Shown here: positions 47,161 through 60,673 of the stretch, one piece after another
How positions within the stretch are numbered: position 1 is the first letter of the stretch
Layout: each line of letters starts with the position of its first letter
Assembly (NCBI RefSeq): GCF_018350175.1
Contig: NC_058368.1
Coordinates: forward strand, 145,144,001 to 145,208,000
DNA length: 64,000 nt
Reading direction: 5' to 3'
Source: Felis catus
Lineage: Eukaryota
Position numbers and translations under genes: made by a program
The notes under the pieces: model-generated
The model's database searches: none
What the model was told of the DNA's origin: nothing
The model's input: the letters and a program-made list of their open reading frames with translations, nothing else

Positions 47161-49499
47161 AAAGGAATAATAAATGTAAAACTAATAATAAGTGTGTTCA
47201 AGTCATCAACATATATTGTTATTTTTTACATTTTTCTCTTTCCCTTGAACCCATAGACAATATCCGATCTTAAGTAATTAAAAAGAGTGTGCTGAGGATT
47301 AAAGAAAACACAGAGTCGCTGCACTTTCTGACTGTTCTGGTATTGGTGAATCTGGAAGTTTTCAAGTGCCATGGGCATCTTTTTATTTCTTCCTGATGCT
47401 TGAAAAGAAAGTCTGTTTTCATAAGACCTTGGGTCTGATTTCCAGTGGGAAAAAGGCTGAAGAAATTTGGCTTCATTTCCAAGTATCTTTGCACTTTTCC
47501 CAATTGCATAGAACCTCCAAGCTTCCCCAGATTACCTCGTTTCAATGACATCGAATCTTTCAAAGGGAATGTAATAATTCCGCAGAGAACTTAGCATTTC
47601 TGACAGCCTACCTCCCACTGTCCTCAGTGCTTCATAAATTATGCTGCCTCTGAATGTGAGCTGGGCAGCACCATTTTCCTGGCCCCTCGTGATTCATGGT
47701 TTCTCTTAACTATGTCAGTGCCTCGTCAGCAAAGCTGTTCCTTTTGGACAGAGTGTGATGTGATCTGCTTCTTGGAGGGCAGCTTGCTAATTATGTACTT
47801 ATTTTATATACTGATTTAATTTTTTATATTTCAAGGTAACTAATAACTATTAACTTTAGGAATTACTTCAAAATTCAGAAAACATTACCATTTAATTAAC
47901 AATCTGCTCTCTGCAATACACTGTGACCTGAGAAACCACTCTAATGGTAATATGCTGTTATCATTAAAATTAACTAACAAACCAGAAGAATAGTGCTGTT
48001 CAGGTCAGATATAGAGAGACCATAATTAAAAGAAAGTGAAACTAAAAACAAGTATCAGACCAAAGATCAACACAGTGTGGATGGCCACTGTGCCAGCTTC
48101 CCTGTTTTGCATTGCCAAAGCAGCTCCCTCCTGACCTGTGTCTGCATGACTCCTCAGGAATTCCAAACGGAGGCCCTCCTTGAGAACAAGCCTGAGCCAA
48201 TGTGTTGGGTGGTTAAACAATAGAGGCTCAAAGGGAATAGGATAAAAAGTTTCTGAAAATGACTTGCTTCTAGAGTACCTTCTTATGTGTCTGTTATCTT
48301 TACATGTAAGAATAAAAACCCATCCTTATGAATGTCTTATCTTTTCCCAGCCTCCAGGACTTTCCAGATATCTTCCCAGTGACATGGGCTCTTCCTGACT
48401 TAGAAAACTTCTGTTCAGAGAGATGCAATAGAGGATGTAATGTGGAGCCCTTTCCAGCATTTTCCTTAACCCTGTCTATTCAGAAAGTATTCTGCCATTA
48501 CCAGGATGCTTCTTTGGGCTTAGGGAATACAGACCTGGGAGAAAGAGGATCGGAGAAGAAAAAAGTCTTCTGGGATGTGGCTAGGAAAAAAGTTTTACAT
48601 AACTGGGAGAGAGAATTCTGGAAAACCTACAGTATGATGCCAATAGGAATGCAAAAGATTTAAACAAAAACAGTTCTGTAGGCTATGTATTGATAGCACG
48701 GTGTTTGAGAGAGGCGATATTTAAATTATTTTGAGATTACCTGTGTCACTGGGTCAGGTTTCTTGGACAAGATGACAGCATGAGAGTGGACCTCCTGAGT
48801 TTCAGCCTCAGTACAATTACTTTGGGGTTGATGAATACAGATAAATTTGTCTTACTACACAGTTCTCCCACTGCCAGAGCCCAACTGACTTTTGAAGCTT
48901 ATATCCAGGAGCCCCAGAGTCATTGTTGATACAGGACTCCTTGTATGACTCTGATCTCCTGCTCTTGGTAAAACTTCTTCGCCCTTGTCTACCAGCTCCA
49001 TCCTGCGTCTCTTTCCTTATAGGGTTTTAGGGGATTCATAAAGCCCTTTTAGGGCTTTTTTTTAGGCCTTTTAGGAGGGCTAAAAGCCATTATGGAGTAA
49101 GTAGGAGTTTGTTTGCTTTTTTTTTCTTTTTGGCCTGAATTGGTAATCTGTCATTTACACATTGTTTCTATGGGAAAAATGTGTTCTCATTTCCGAACAA
49201 TGAATGTATATAAAGATTTTTAAGACAACCCGATGTAGGTCTAGGGCTGCCTTTTAATGCCTCTTGGGTTATACTGGTGTTGGTTTGACTCCATTTTTAT
49301 TTCTAAAGAACAGACTTACTATTTATAGTTTTTTAAATATGCGTATGTAGATATGCATATAAATAAGACTATTGAATATGCACAAAGATGCTAATAATAA
49401 TTATCTTTGGGTGGTCATATTATAACTGGTACTTTCTTCTCTATATCTTTATTTTTTTTTCCATAATGAGAAAACAATGAGGATTTTTTTCATTTTTTA

Positions 49500-50848
49500 A
49501 GCAAATAGGATTGGAAAATAAAATTTATAACAGCATCCAAAAACATTGTAAACATTTGGAGATAATTTAATAAAAGAAGTACAAGATTTCTGTGCTGAAA
49601 AAATATACAATACTGCTGAAAATTTTGAAAAAAAAAAAGACCTAACTAGAAATAAACATGTTTAGGGATTACATTCAATATTGTCAAGATGTCAGTTCTC
49701 ACCAAAGTGATCTATAGACTCAGTGCAACCCCAATCAAAATTACATGGGGCTTTTTTGTAGAAATTGGCATGCTATTTCTAAAATATATATAGAAAACCA
49801 AAGGACCTAGAATAGGCAAAGCAATTTTGGGCAGGAAAAATAACAAAGTTGGAAGACTTAATCTACTGGATTTTTATTTCAAAACTTATTTTAAAGTTAT
49901 AATAAAAATGGAGTAGTAATGACAAAAGGTAAAACAGATAAATCTTCAGAAGACAATAGAGAAGTTCAGAAATAGAGTCACAATTATAGGGTCAAATGAT
50001 TTTCAACAAGCGTGACAAAGAAATGCAGTGGTATGGTTAAAAGGATGGTTTTGTTCAGCGAATAATTCTGAGACAATTGGATACCTGTATATGCAAAAAA
50101 AAAAAAAAAAACTGTACCCCTATCTCACATCATACACAAAAAACTAATTCAAGATTCATCATAGACCTAAACATATAAGGGAAAATCTTTGCAATGATGG
50201 GTGGGCAAAGATAGGCCAGGGAAAGCACTAATTGTAAAAGGGAAATATCAATAAGTTTGACTTTATCAAAGTCAAAAACAAACCCCTCTGCTCATCAGAA
50301 AACACTGTTAGGAAAACAAATAGTCTACAGAATAAGAGAAAATATTCACAACACATGTATTTGGCTGAAGGCTTACATGCATAATACATAAAGCATATCT
50401 ACAACTTAATAATAAAAAGACAACACACTTAAAGAATAGGCAAAAGACTTGGACATGTCACAAAGATGACTTACAAATGGCCAATAAGTACATGAAAATA
50501 TGCTCAACATCATTAATCAAATGCCAAGTAAAATCCACTGATATACCGGTATGGATCCACTAAAATATCTTAAGATTTAAAAGATTGACAACATTCAGTT
50601 TCAGCCATGATATGGAGTAGCAGGAATTGCCATGAGTGCTGGTAAGAGTATAGAGTGGTACAACTACTCTGAAAAATTGTATGGTATCTCTTATGAAGTT
50701 AAATATATATCGACTCTGTGATACAGCAGTTCTACTCCTGAGTGTGTTTATCCAAGAGAAATTTTTTTTAAATATGTTCACAAAAGACTTGTGCTATATT
50801 CATAGCAGCTTTATTCATTAAAGCTAAAAAAAGTGGAAACAACTCAAA
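49500..50848 (+). mobile_element. Old LINE-1 (L1M) fragment, decayed 3' half of ORF2
   Basis: CAATATTGTCAAGATGTCAGTTCTC..CAAAGTGATCTATAGA.TCAGTGCAA.CCCAATCAAAAT; TACAAATGGCCAATAAGTACATGAAAATATGCTCAACATC; TTCATAGCAGCTTTATTCAT. Contains many stops and frameshifts. Confidence 0.92.
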
Positions 50849-51078
50849 GGGGAAGCTCTTCCTGATGAGATCTCTCTGTTGTCGTGTCATCTTGCATGAA
50901 GCACCTTGCCCTTACCATCCTTCAATTTATACTCTCAGAACACACTAGTCTCTGTCACGTTATGCTTCTGAAAGTGCAATTCCATCTGCCCAGAATTCCC
51001 CCTCCCTCTACTCTGGTTTTCCTAGTCTATTCCCTCAGGATCAGCTCTGAGTTGTCTTCTGTCCCTCCTCTTTGCAGT

Positions 51079-51151
51079 CTTTTTTTTTTTTTAATTTTTT
51101 TTAACATTTATTCATTTTTGAGAGACAGAGACAGAGCATGAGTGGGGGAGG

Positions 51152-51197
<46 letters not shown>

Positions 51198-51315
51198 ATC
51201 TGAAGAAGGCTCCAGGCTCTGGAGCTGTCAGCACGACAGCTCGAACCCACAAACTGTGAGATCATGACTTGAGCTAAAGTCAGACACTTAACTGACTGAG
51301 CCACCCAGGCGCCCC
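51079..51315 (-). mobile_element. Can-SINE with (GA)n expansion
   Basis: TSD CTCTTTGCAGTCTT. Confidence 0.95.
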
Positions 51316-51865
51316 CTCTTTGCAGTCTTAAGCTTGCTTTCTGTTAGGATCATGGAATGATCATGTTGCATTATAATCTGTTATGTGCATATTCATCTTC
51401 TCTACTAGTTCATAAACTTCTATCTTCATATATCCCTAGCACCTAGCACACAATAGTTTTTACAAGAAAATTTGTTACATATATGTCAGAATCTAAATTA
51501 TTCTGTATCTAATGCTGAAATATATACTACTCATCTACCTTTATTGCCAAATGCAGGTAAGTTTCATAATAATGTTGCCAGTTGAATACTTTCCTTGGCA
51601 TGACCTCCTATTCCCTAAGTAGTGCCTGTGGGAAAGTTGAATAAATACTACTGTGATGATATTAGTCAAAATGCTGTGCCAATTATCACAAGTTCTCACT
51701 GCATTTTACCAGTTGTTCTTAGTCCTTTCAGTTCTTTAATGATTTACATGCTAGTGGAAGATTCTTCTCTGAAAAGTGTGCTTTTTGCTTTTTAGAGTGG
51801 CTTTGGCATGTGGGTTCTCAGTTGTTTAAATCCTATACATGTCCAAAGGAAGTCAGCTTTTAAGA

Positions 51866-52057
51866 GCAGAAACTTTTCAAAAATAGGTGATTTTCTTGTT
51901 GTGAGGGCTGTCATTTGCATTGTATGATGTTCAGCAGGATCCCTAGCTTCTATCCATTAGAAGGTAGAAATACTCTCAAATTGTGACTACCAAAAATGTC
52001 TTCAGGCATTGCCAGATATACTGAGACATATACTCACCATCAGGTAAGAACTACTGC
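51866..52057 (+). mobile_element. MER20 hAT-Charlie MITE
   Basis: TTGTTGTGAGGGCTGTC..TGCATTGTATGATGTTCAGCAG.ATCCCT...TTGTGACTACCAAAAATGTCTTCAGGCATTGCCA...AGAACTACTG. Confidence 0.8.
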
Positions 52058-52540
52058 CCTGTAGGTTAAAAGAGTGTCCCTGATCTTGGTTCCCATTCAT
52101 GCTCTATCACTCAGGGATCCAGGTTAGGCTATTGCCTCTCTGTGGTCAGTTAATCTGTAAAATGTGAGTTGAAGGGAAAATTGTCAAAGAATTTTGGTAG
52201 GCCCAAAGATTACTGAATGTTTTCAGTTGAAAAAAAGGCATATATGTCTAGCATATTCTTCTACATTATTTGATTTATAATCTCTCACTTTTCATTGTCT
52301 TTGAGCTACTTTATAATTCTTTAACTTGTAGAAAACTGATAAAAATGTAATTCTTGATGATAAAAGTTCAACTTGTATCTGGTAGAATGAAATCAATTAT
52401 TTGCTTGTGAACCTTAGTACAGTTTTCTTCTTTTTGCATCTATTTTAAAATTCATTTCACCATACCTTATGTGGCTACATATAAGTGGTATTATGAATTT
52501 TCCTTTGAATCCATTGTAACATCTTAGTGGTTGCCTTATT

Positions 52541-52755
52541 TTTAAAAAATTTTTAAATGTTTTTTTTATTTTTTATTTGAGAGAGAATGAAAGCGTGAGC
52601 AGGGGAGGGGCAGAGAGACAAAGGCAGAATCTGAGCCAGGCTCCAGACTCTGAGCTGTCAGCACAGAGCTCATCACAGGGCTCGAACTCATGAGCAGTGA
52701 GATCATGACCTGAGCCGAAGTCAGACACTCAACCAACTAAGCCACCCAGGTGCCC
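52541..52755 (-). mobile_element. Can-SINE
   Basis: TSD GTGGTT(G/C)CCTTATT. Confidence 0.94.
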
Positions 52756-55434
52756 TGTGGTTCCCTTATTAATTAACAAATTAAATGAAATCTTTGACAT
52801 GTGTTAAAAAAAAAAAAAAAGTGGTTGCCTCTACAGTGATCCATTTGTTCTTTTAGGGATAAAAACATGATACTTGCCTAAAGACCTCCAGAGCAAAAGT
52901 TTTTAATATGCAAGCTACTTCAGCCAAACCGCTCTTCTGATATCTTACAACTCTTACAGTTTTTGTATGCATTAATAAAATAAATTAGGGGAATAAAGTG
53001 AGGGTTTTGGAAGCAATGGTACTGTCTATACTGCTGCTCGGATTCTCTGGATTCCTTGTTTCACTGTAGAAATTTATAGGTGCAAATATCAGTCTGTGCT
53101 AGAACACCTAACCCAGTTGGTGACAAGAACTAGAAAAGGATCCCTGATACCCAACAGGGACACAATTACCTCATCATTTGCAAAACCAAAATGCAGGTCA
53201 TATCTTAATTGATAGGGGTCATATTTCCTGTAGAGGTCATTATTTATAAAAACGAGTTTTATTGTTAACTATCCCAGAGTGTTTCATTTTAGTCTACTTA
53301 TTGAAATGAAGTGTTCCAACATGAGCCCATAGCTAAAAGGGCTTCATAAGTGTGGGAGATTTACTGGAACTCCAAAAGCACTGTCCTAAGCTTTAGGAGA
53401 AATTGATTTTGGTTCTTTCTAGCTCACTGCCCCTAATTTGTATGTGACCTTGAGGAAGCTCTTGAATCCTCCTGAATCTCCCTTTCCCTGTCTAGAAAGG
53501 CATTTGATCTAGAAAGCCTTAGCTTACTGTCAGGTTCAAGATTCTATGACATTGTGATTCTTTATGAGTGTTCTTGAGAATCGAGTGTAGTCAATAATTT
53601 TCAGAGGAGCACAAGTACAGAAAACCTGTGTTGGCATTCTTTCACTTTCCACTCTCCCCAGTTTATGACTCCTTCTACTGCTTTCGACTGGGCCCTACCT
53701 TCCCTCTTTGGTTTAGTGACAGGGCTGCCACTTGGGAACTGATAACCAGGAACACCCTTAGCAAGTCACCTTACCCTTTGCTTCTCACTCCACATGGGTG
53801 AGAACATCTTAAGGAATTATTTCCTCATCACTATGGACAAAGGGATTTTGCTGTTGGGGTTCCCCATTATTTTCAAGTCCAGAGATTCTTCCTTTATAAT
53901 TTCCATTTCCTCTGATCCCTTGTCCACCATCTGCTTCTCTTTCATGGCTGCTTGTTTCTTCACTTAGTGTTGAGGGCTAGGTCAGCAGCTGCAGGAGAAC
54001 TTGATTAGTGCCTTGCCTCTGTGCAGACACATTTCCCTGACAGCATCGATCCTGGGCGGTTTCGCTTTGCAGGCAGCTCCACAGAGGAGGAGCTTATGCT
54101 GCAAAGGAGGTGGACTGTTGTCTGGTCAAGGTGAGTTTGGGGCAGGCTCCTAATTCACTCCTCTTTGCTCAGCTGTTAATTTTGCTTAAATAGGAACTGC
54201 TTGCAGATTTTTATTTAAAAATCCACTGCCTGACTGAGACCTTGTGATGTCAAGATTCAAAGACAATTTTTTATTGCTAAGTTATTAGTCCTTTGAAAGA
54301 AGGAAAATTTGGTGTTTAATATTTAAACAGTTTCTATTTTGCTGAATTCTTTGATATTTGAATGTTAACTGTGTAACCATTTAAGGTCCATTTCTAGAGA
54401 CTTTTCTAGACATTTAAAGCACTACAGGCATTTATTTGTAATACTCTCGCATGAAAAATTACCATCCATTTCTTGCCATCCTGGTTCATTGCCAACAGAT
54501 ATGTCTATTAGCAATGAAATAAAGAAATGTTTTATATTTTGATGCATTTCAATATGTCTGTTACACTAGATTTTTTTTGAGAACAGGAATAAATTCCTTT
54601 CATCTTTAAAATGTTATCCCTTCTTTAAATTTTGGAAAAATTAATTGAATTTAGCATAGGGAAATTGCATTATCTCTGTGGCCAAGACGATAACTCCAAG
54701 CATTTTCTTTCATTTTTTTTTTTTTTCCTGGATTTCTGGTTTGAGCTTCAGGAGTCATTGAAAAAAACTACTGCAAGTGTGATTGGGTGTAGATCTGACT
54801 AAGGATTCATTTATCTATGCTCTTTAAAGGCATCCCCACCTTTATGGAGCCTGCACCTCCATAAAATGTTCCAGCTCCACAAAACTGTCACATGACATTT
54901 CAAAGACATCTTCTATTTCCCGTAAAATATTGAACTGCAATTACTCTGCAGCCCCAAACTATCTATTCACCTTATTCTTTTCATGGTCTCCATAATTCCT
55001 GCAAGTTCATCTATGCCAATATAAGAAAATGCATTTATAAGCTTTTGATAGAGTACAGTACCAATCTTAGGTACAACAAAAAATGTAGTACTACAAAGGG
55101 AAGCTCAAACCCATTGTAGTTTCAGATTAGCAAATTCATTTATGAATGTTAATTATGAATTAAACAGTAGATTTAAAACCACACCACACCTTTCTTCTGA
55201 AAATTGTGTTCATTTTCATGGACAAAGAGGCAGCCGAATTTGGTGGAAAGACACAGGCTTTGGTCTCTAGCCTGGGTACCCCTATTTACTTTGCTAAATG
55301 ACCTTCAACAGATCAAAAACCATAGTTTTGCTAAGGATCAAATGAGGATAAATAATTTCAGATCAAAGGAGACTATATGAAAACACTCCAAAAACTGTAA
55401 AGTCATAGTGACACTTTTTGTTTACAGGTAGAGA

Positions 55435-55937
55435 TGTATTTGGAGTGCCAGCTTCACTCAGAGTCCCCTTCTCTAGGAAATGCCCATACTTGTAACCCTT
55501 ACTAAAGAGCAAACATGTTTGCCTTTCCTTCCCTGGTGACACTGTTGGACACCTGGCAAAGGACACCCAATGGCAATGACAAATCAGATTTTCTCTTAAA
55601 ATTAAAGAGACTTAAATGTGTCCTTTAATGGCACATTAATACCAGATGGCAGTCTGGTGATCATGAGAATTTGGGATCTATGGTGGCCATTTTCAGCCAG
55701 AAGCATGCTGAAGTAGGCAAGAGAACACTAGAGAATGGAGTAGATGTACAGAGATAAGCAAAAAGGAAATTATGAGGTAACAGGGAAGGCAGAGGAAAGT
55801 ACCTTGGATCTAGGTCTATTTCTTAGTCTATCCATGGACTGTGCATTGATTTTATTTTCTAGGATGGCCACCTCACAATAAACTCCCCTGGAGTGGCTTT
55901 CTCTTCCTGGCAATGAATAGAACTTTGGCTAAAACAT
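55435..55937 (+). mobile_element. Old MaLR LTR (late MLT1-like)
   Basis: TCCCCTTCTCTAGGAAATGCCC...GGTGGCCATTTT...AATAAACTCCCCT..GAGTGGCTTTCT...GCAA...CTAAAACA. Confidence 0.5.
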
Positions 55938-56224
55938 TAATACCACAATTGAAAAGGTCATTACCAAGAACACTGTAGATTTTATTGTATGAAAACCAAA
56001 AGTTTCCAACTGTCCTTTGTAGCTACCAACATGAAACTCTTTCCAGATTATGCTTTTCCAATTGTAAAAGGCAAACTGGACCGCAGAAGATTCAATAACA
56101 GGCCTAACTTGCAGCATGGACTTACCCACTGGGTTTGAAAATACATTTCACATATTCTGAGAAGTTACCCTCCAAATGAAATCTCTCCTACTGGTCTTCC
56201 TTAAATGAAGTTTCAGAATCCAAA

Positions 56225-56460
56225 GAAGGCAGCACAGTATAGTGGAAATAACATAAACTTTAGAGTTAGATCCAGATGGCAGTTCTGGCTCCTTTAGAGC
56301 TGCATGAGTTTGATCAAGTTATTTAATGTCTCGTAGCCTCAGTTTCTTCATCTATACATTGAGAATAATAATATTTTTCTTTCAGTTTGTTGTAAGGAAT
56401 AAATGAAATAAATTATGGAAAGAGCTTGACATATTTCAGATCCTCAGCAAATGTTCATCT
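56225..56460 (+). mobile_element. MIR SINE
   Basis: GGCAGCACAGTATAGTGGAAA...CAAGTTATTTAA...GCCTCAGTTTCTTCATCTATA..TTGAGAATAATAATA. Confidence 0.82.
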
Positions 56461-57445
56461 CCTTCCCTTCATTCACCATGTGAGTCTTTTTCTTTTTTTT
56501 TTCACAACCAACCATGTAATACTATTGCAAATTAATAAGCAGTGTATGGAAACTAGAAAGGAAAAAAAAAACCTATTTTTGACTTCTTTACTTAGCCAGC
56601 AAGTTTCTTACATTTGTGTAAAAAAGGAAATACATAGGGCTTAAAATCAGAATTTAGGCAGAGTGACTGGAACTGAAGAGAGAACCACAGAGACCTCCTT
56701 GAATTCAGAAGTGCGTATTTGGTCAACAAATTACTTTCTCACTGCAATACATCTGATGCTAATACATGTCCAAGCTGGCGTGAGCTTGTGTCTACATGTA
56801 CTAAGAGGGCACAGCCGACAAAGTGGTTTTTTTTCATCACATAAATTCAAGATTGACTTGTTAAGCATACCTGCTCATTTGCATGAAGAAAGCTAGAATG
56901 CTTCACATACTAGGCACACTACTTCATTGTTCAGTAATAAAATCTATTCAGCTCCATAAGTTATTATTTAGCTTAAAACAGGAATGTTCTTTGACAAGGA
57001 AGCCCTATGAGAAATGTACTACATGATATCACAGGAAATGATTTCTGGAGGATGGTGATGAGTCTAACCGAATCAGTTCAGACATCTCCAGCCCTGTCAG
57101 TCCATGAAACACTATAGAAAAACATGTGTGATCATTAAAATGTCTGATTTCCTATGCGATAGCTATAGCGAATAATCTCCTGGAAGCGAGACTTCAGAAG
57201 CTATGACCAATTTGCTGCCTAAGATTCAGATTGCATGTTTTCAATGGAAGAACACAAAAAGAAAAGAGGGCAAAAAGATGATGCACTATTAGCTGTATAC
57301 ATTAATAATTATTCCTCAAACAACCTGATAGAAAACATGCAAAAGTGATGAAATACTTTTCTAAGGGTACCCTCCAGACTCTCTCCATTCATGTGTAGTC
57401 CTGATGTCAGGCTCAAATAATCTTAAAGTGGGTGTAAAATATAGA

Positions 57446-57635
57446 GGGGCACCCGGGTGGCTCAGTCCAGTAAGTGTCCAACTCTTGATTTCGGCTCAGG
57501 TCATGATCTCACACTTCATGAGTTCAATCCCCACATTGGGCTCTGCGCTGACAGCATGGAGCCTGCTTGGGAATTTTTTTGTCTCTTTTTCTCTTTCTGT
57601 CTCTCATAAAAATAAGTAAACTTAAAGAAGTAAAA
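57446..57635 (+). mobile_element. Can-SINE (older)
   Basis: GGGGCACCCGGGTGGCTCAG head; TSD TAAAATATAGA. Confidence 0.92.
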
Positions 57636-57853
57636 TAAAATATAGACATTTATATCCTAAAAGAAGAACTTTATTAAAAATGAGTCAAAATACTCTAATA
57701 TATTCTTTTGTTAATGCTCTTTTGTGCTTATGGAAAACCATAACTCCATAAAGAATAAGAACAATGCCCTTTTATTTGTATTATTTTTCCTACACTGTGG
57801 ACATTACATGCTAATCAAGCATTGTAAGGAAAGGTATCAACAATGACAAATCA

Positions 57854-58091
57854 GGGGCGCCTGGGTGGTGCAGTGGGTTGAGCGTCGGACTTCAGCCAGG
57901 TGACTTCAGCCAGGTGACAATCTCGTGGTCTGTGAGTTCGAGCCCCGCGTCAGGCTCTGGGCTGATGGCTAGGAGCCTGGAGCCTGTTTCCGATTCTGTG
58001 TCTCCCTCTCTCTCTGCCCCTCCCCCGTTCATGCTCTATCTCTCTCTGTCCCAAAAAAAATAAATAAACGTTGAAAAAAAATTAAAAAAAA
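57854..58091 (+). mobile_element. Can-SINE, young felid subfamily, with a 14-bp internal tandem duplication
   Basis: GACTTCAGCCAGGT repeated twice; TSD AATGACAAAT. Confidence 0.95.
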
Positions 58092-59812
58092 AAATGACAA
58101 ATGAAGTTTAAGCAGGTTATTTAAATTGGGAAATTTGATAGCATACCCAAATTAATAAACCATAATCCACTGGCCCATAGTTTTACACCAGCCTCTGTCT
58201 ATTTAAGGTCAATTTAGAAAAGTTTTCAAGCAACTACCCTAAACCTAACCCCCCCTTCCATTTTGCTATTTGATCAGTGTTTAACTAAATAAGTTCATGA
58301 TATAAGCATTATGACTCTCTAAAAAAGCATTCCTTCTCCATCCCCCCCCCCACCAAAACCCTCACTAATTTAGGTTAAAAACAAAGTAATGGCAGCAAAA
58401 GTGTCTTTAAGTTTTGCAATAATCCTTCCAGTACTTTTGCATCCCAAAAGGCTCCAGATGTGACCAGCCACTGCAAAATGGTAAGTTGTTTATCAGCATT
58501 CTACACTGGGAACTGGCACCTGTAATTTTACTCTTATTTTGCATCAGCATTATTAAAACATCTAAAAAATGACCAAGTGAAGGTTTTGTGTAATCACACA
58601 TACACCTTCAGGGTGAAATGCCCTGTTGGCTGTCTGTCGTCCTGAAGGTGCCGGCTGCAGCCAGCAGCTTCCTTCTCTGTTGTCTGTGTAGCTGCTGTGA
58701 GCTTCCTTCTATACAGAGTTTATGCGGGTCGCTGGAGCTGGAAAATAATGGTAAAATGTTGTGCTGACAGCCTTTAAAGAATCGCTTGTTGGTCACTTTT
58801 GATAATGCAAATAATCACAATCCTTTTCTTCTTTTCATTCATTGTTTTCTTTCTTTCTCCCTTGTTTTTTGTTAATAGTCATCTGTAGCTAAAAAGTGTT
58901 CTCTTACCCACTTCAGTCTGGGGTGAAAGTTTAAAAAATAAACATATCTGAATCATATAATGACAGTTAACCACTTTGTTAAACCATATATCGCATTTCA
59001 TCTTTACCTCCTCTTTTTAACCCTGGGGCTCTGTTACATCCTGCCTAGTTTTCCTAGCTGCTTGCTTCAGCCTGCTCCCATCTTGCTGGCTGTTTAGAAA
59101 CATGACAGGCTACCTTTGCTTGCTGGCACTTTAACAATGCAGATTCTTGGAACTTCACTTTTGCTTGACCACTGATTTCTAACCCTGTATGGCAACAGAC
59201 TGTAATTTAGTTCTGATGTAAAATCAACCCAGGCTGGAAGTTGCTTTAAAAAAAAAAAAAAGAAAGAAAAGTTTCTTTTCTTTGTTCCTGTAAAATGAAT
59301 TCCCACTCACATGCTTGAAAACAGGTCATTTTTAAAATGTCTTCTTCTGCAAGGTCTTTGCATACATGTTAAAGGTTGATGAGTGGGGAGACTGAGGAGC
59401 AGAGGGTTTAAGTGATTCACCTGAGATCATCACCAAGCTGAAGCTGGGACTCTGCTCCTGACAGTTGATGGTCAGCACAATACATTTGATTATATTTCCT
59501 TTAGAGTTAGAACTCCACAAAATTCTCCTTTCTGGTTTAACTTGGGCTTTGACTAGTTCTGTTTCAACTTCTTATTGATGGTGATTAAACCTGTATCGAT
59601 ACATTAAAACAATCCCAAGACCAAGGGCAGTATAAGTAAGGTCATACAGGAACTTCTAATTGCTGCTCATTGTGCGTAAGCATTCTGAAGCTTTGAATGC
59701 TAAAGAGTACCCAGCAAAACCTAGTGTTACCTTTGTTTCCCTGAGTTAGATGTTAAATTATCTTTCATGACAATGATGGTCAAAACATTTACAGCCACCC
59801 AAATAACTTACT

Positions 59813-60051
59813 TTTTTTAACAATTTTTTTTTAATGTTTAGTTACTTTTGAAACAGAGAGTGTGTGTCAGAGGGTAAGCAGGGGAGGGGCAGAAAGAGAG
59901 GGAGACACAGAATCTGAAGCAGGTTCCAGGCTCTGAGCTGTCGGCACAGGGCCCGAGGCAGGGCTCGAGGCAGGGCTCGAACTCTTGAACTGTGAGATCA
60001 GGACCTGAGATGAAGTCAGACACTTAACCCACTGAGCCACCCAGGCACCCC
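59813..60051 (-). mobile_element. Can-SINE
   Basis: TSD AATAACTTACT; internal repeat CGAGGCAGGGCT twice. Confidence 0.93.
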
Positions 60052-60454
60052 ATGAATAACTTACTATTAAACAGATTTTATACTCAGCAGTTCAGCCATA
60101 GGTCAATGTTAGGAGAGTCTCTTTATCAAAATGCAAGGTTGTGAAATGTGTTAGGTGTATGGGAAGACAAAAAGATGTGGAGTGATTATATCTCTACTCT
60201 AAGTAATATGCATGAGAGTGACCATGGTGCCCGAGTGAGGGCCATGTCAGGATCTATTTATGTTTCATAACTTTAGGGTCCATCGTGAAGCATGCCTTCC
60301 TCAACAGAGTTTGGGGGATTTAAACCCAGTCTTCTGCCTGTAGCTTCATTTCAAAAGGCTATTATTATTCAACATTGGAGGAAACTTCTGTAACCAGAGG
60401 TCTCAAAGATAAGTTTTTAAATGGTTAATAGAATACTTTCTAATAATATTATTA

Positions 60455-60673
60455 AAAAAAATTTTTTTTTCAACGTTTATTTATTTTTGGGACAGAGAGA
60501 GACAGAGCATGAACGGGGGAGGGGCAGAGAGAGAGGGAGACACAGAATCGGAAACAGGCTCCAGGCTCTGAGCCATCAGCCCAGAGCCTGACGCGGGGCT
60601 CGAACTCACGGACCGCGAGATTGTGACCTGGCTGAAGTCGGACGCTTAACCGACTGTGCCACCCAGGCGCCCC
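60455..60673 (-). mobile_element. Can-SINE, young felid subfamily
   Basis: TSD TAATAATATTATT; near-identical to the copy at 25942. Confidence 0.96.

Noticed and set aside
49500..50848. Possible active reverse-transcriptase/L1 gene
   Set aside because: A heavily decayed fragment with no sustained + strand ORF.
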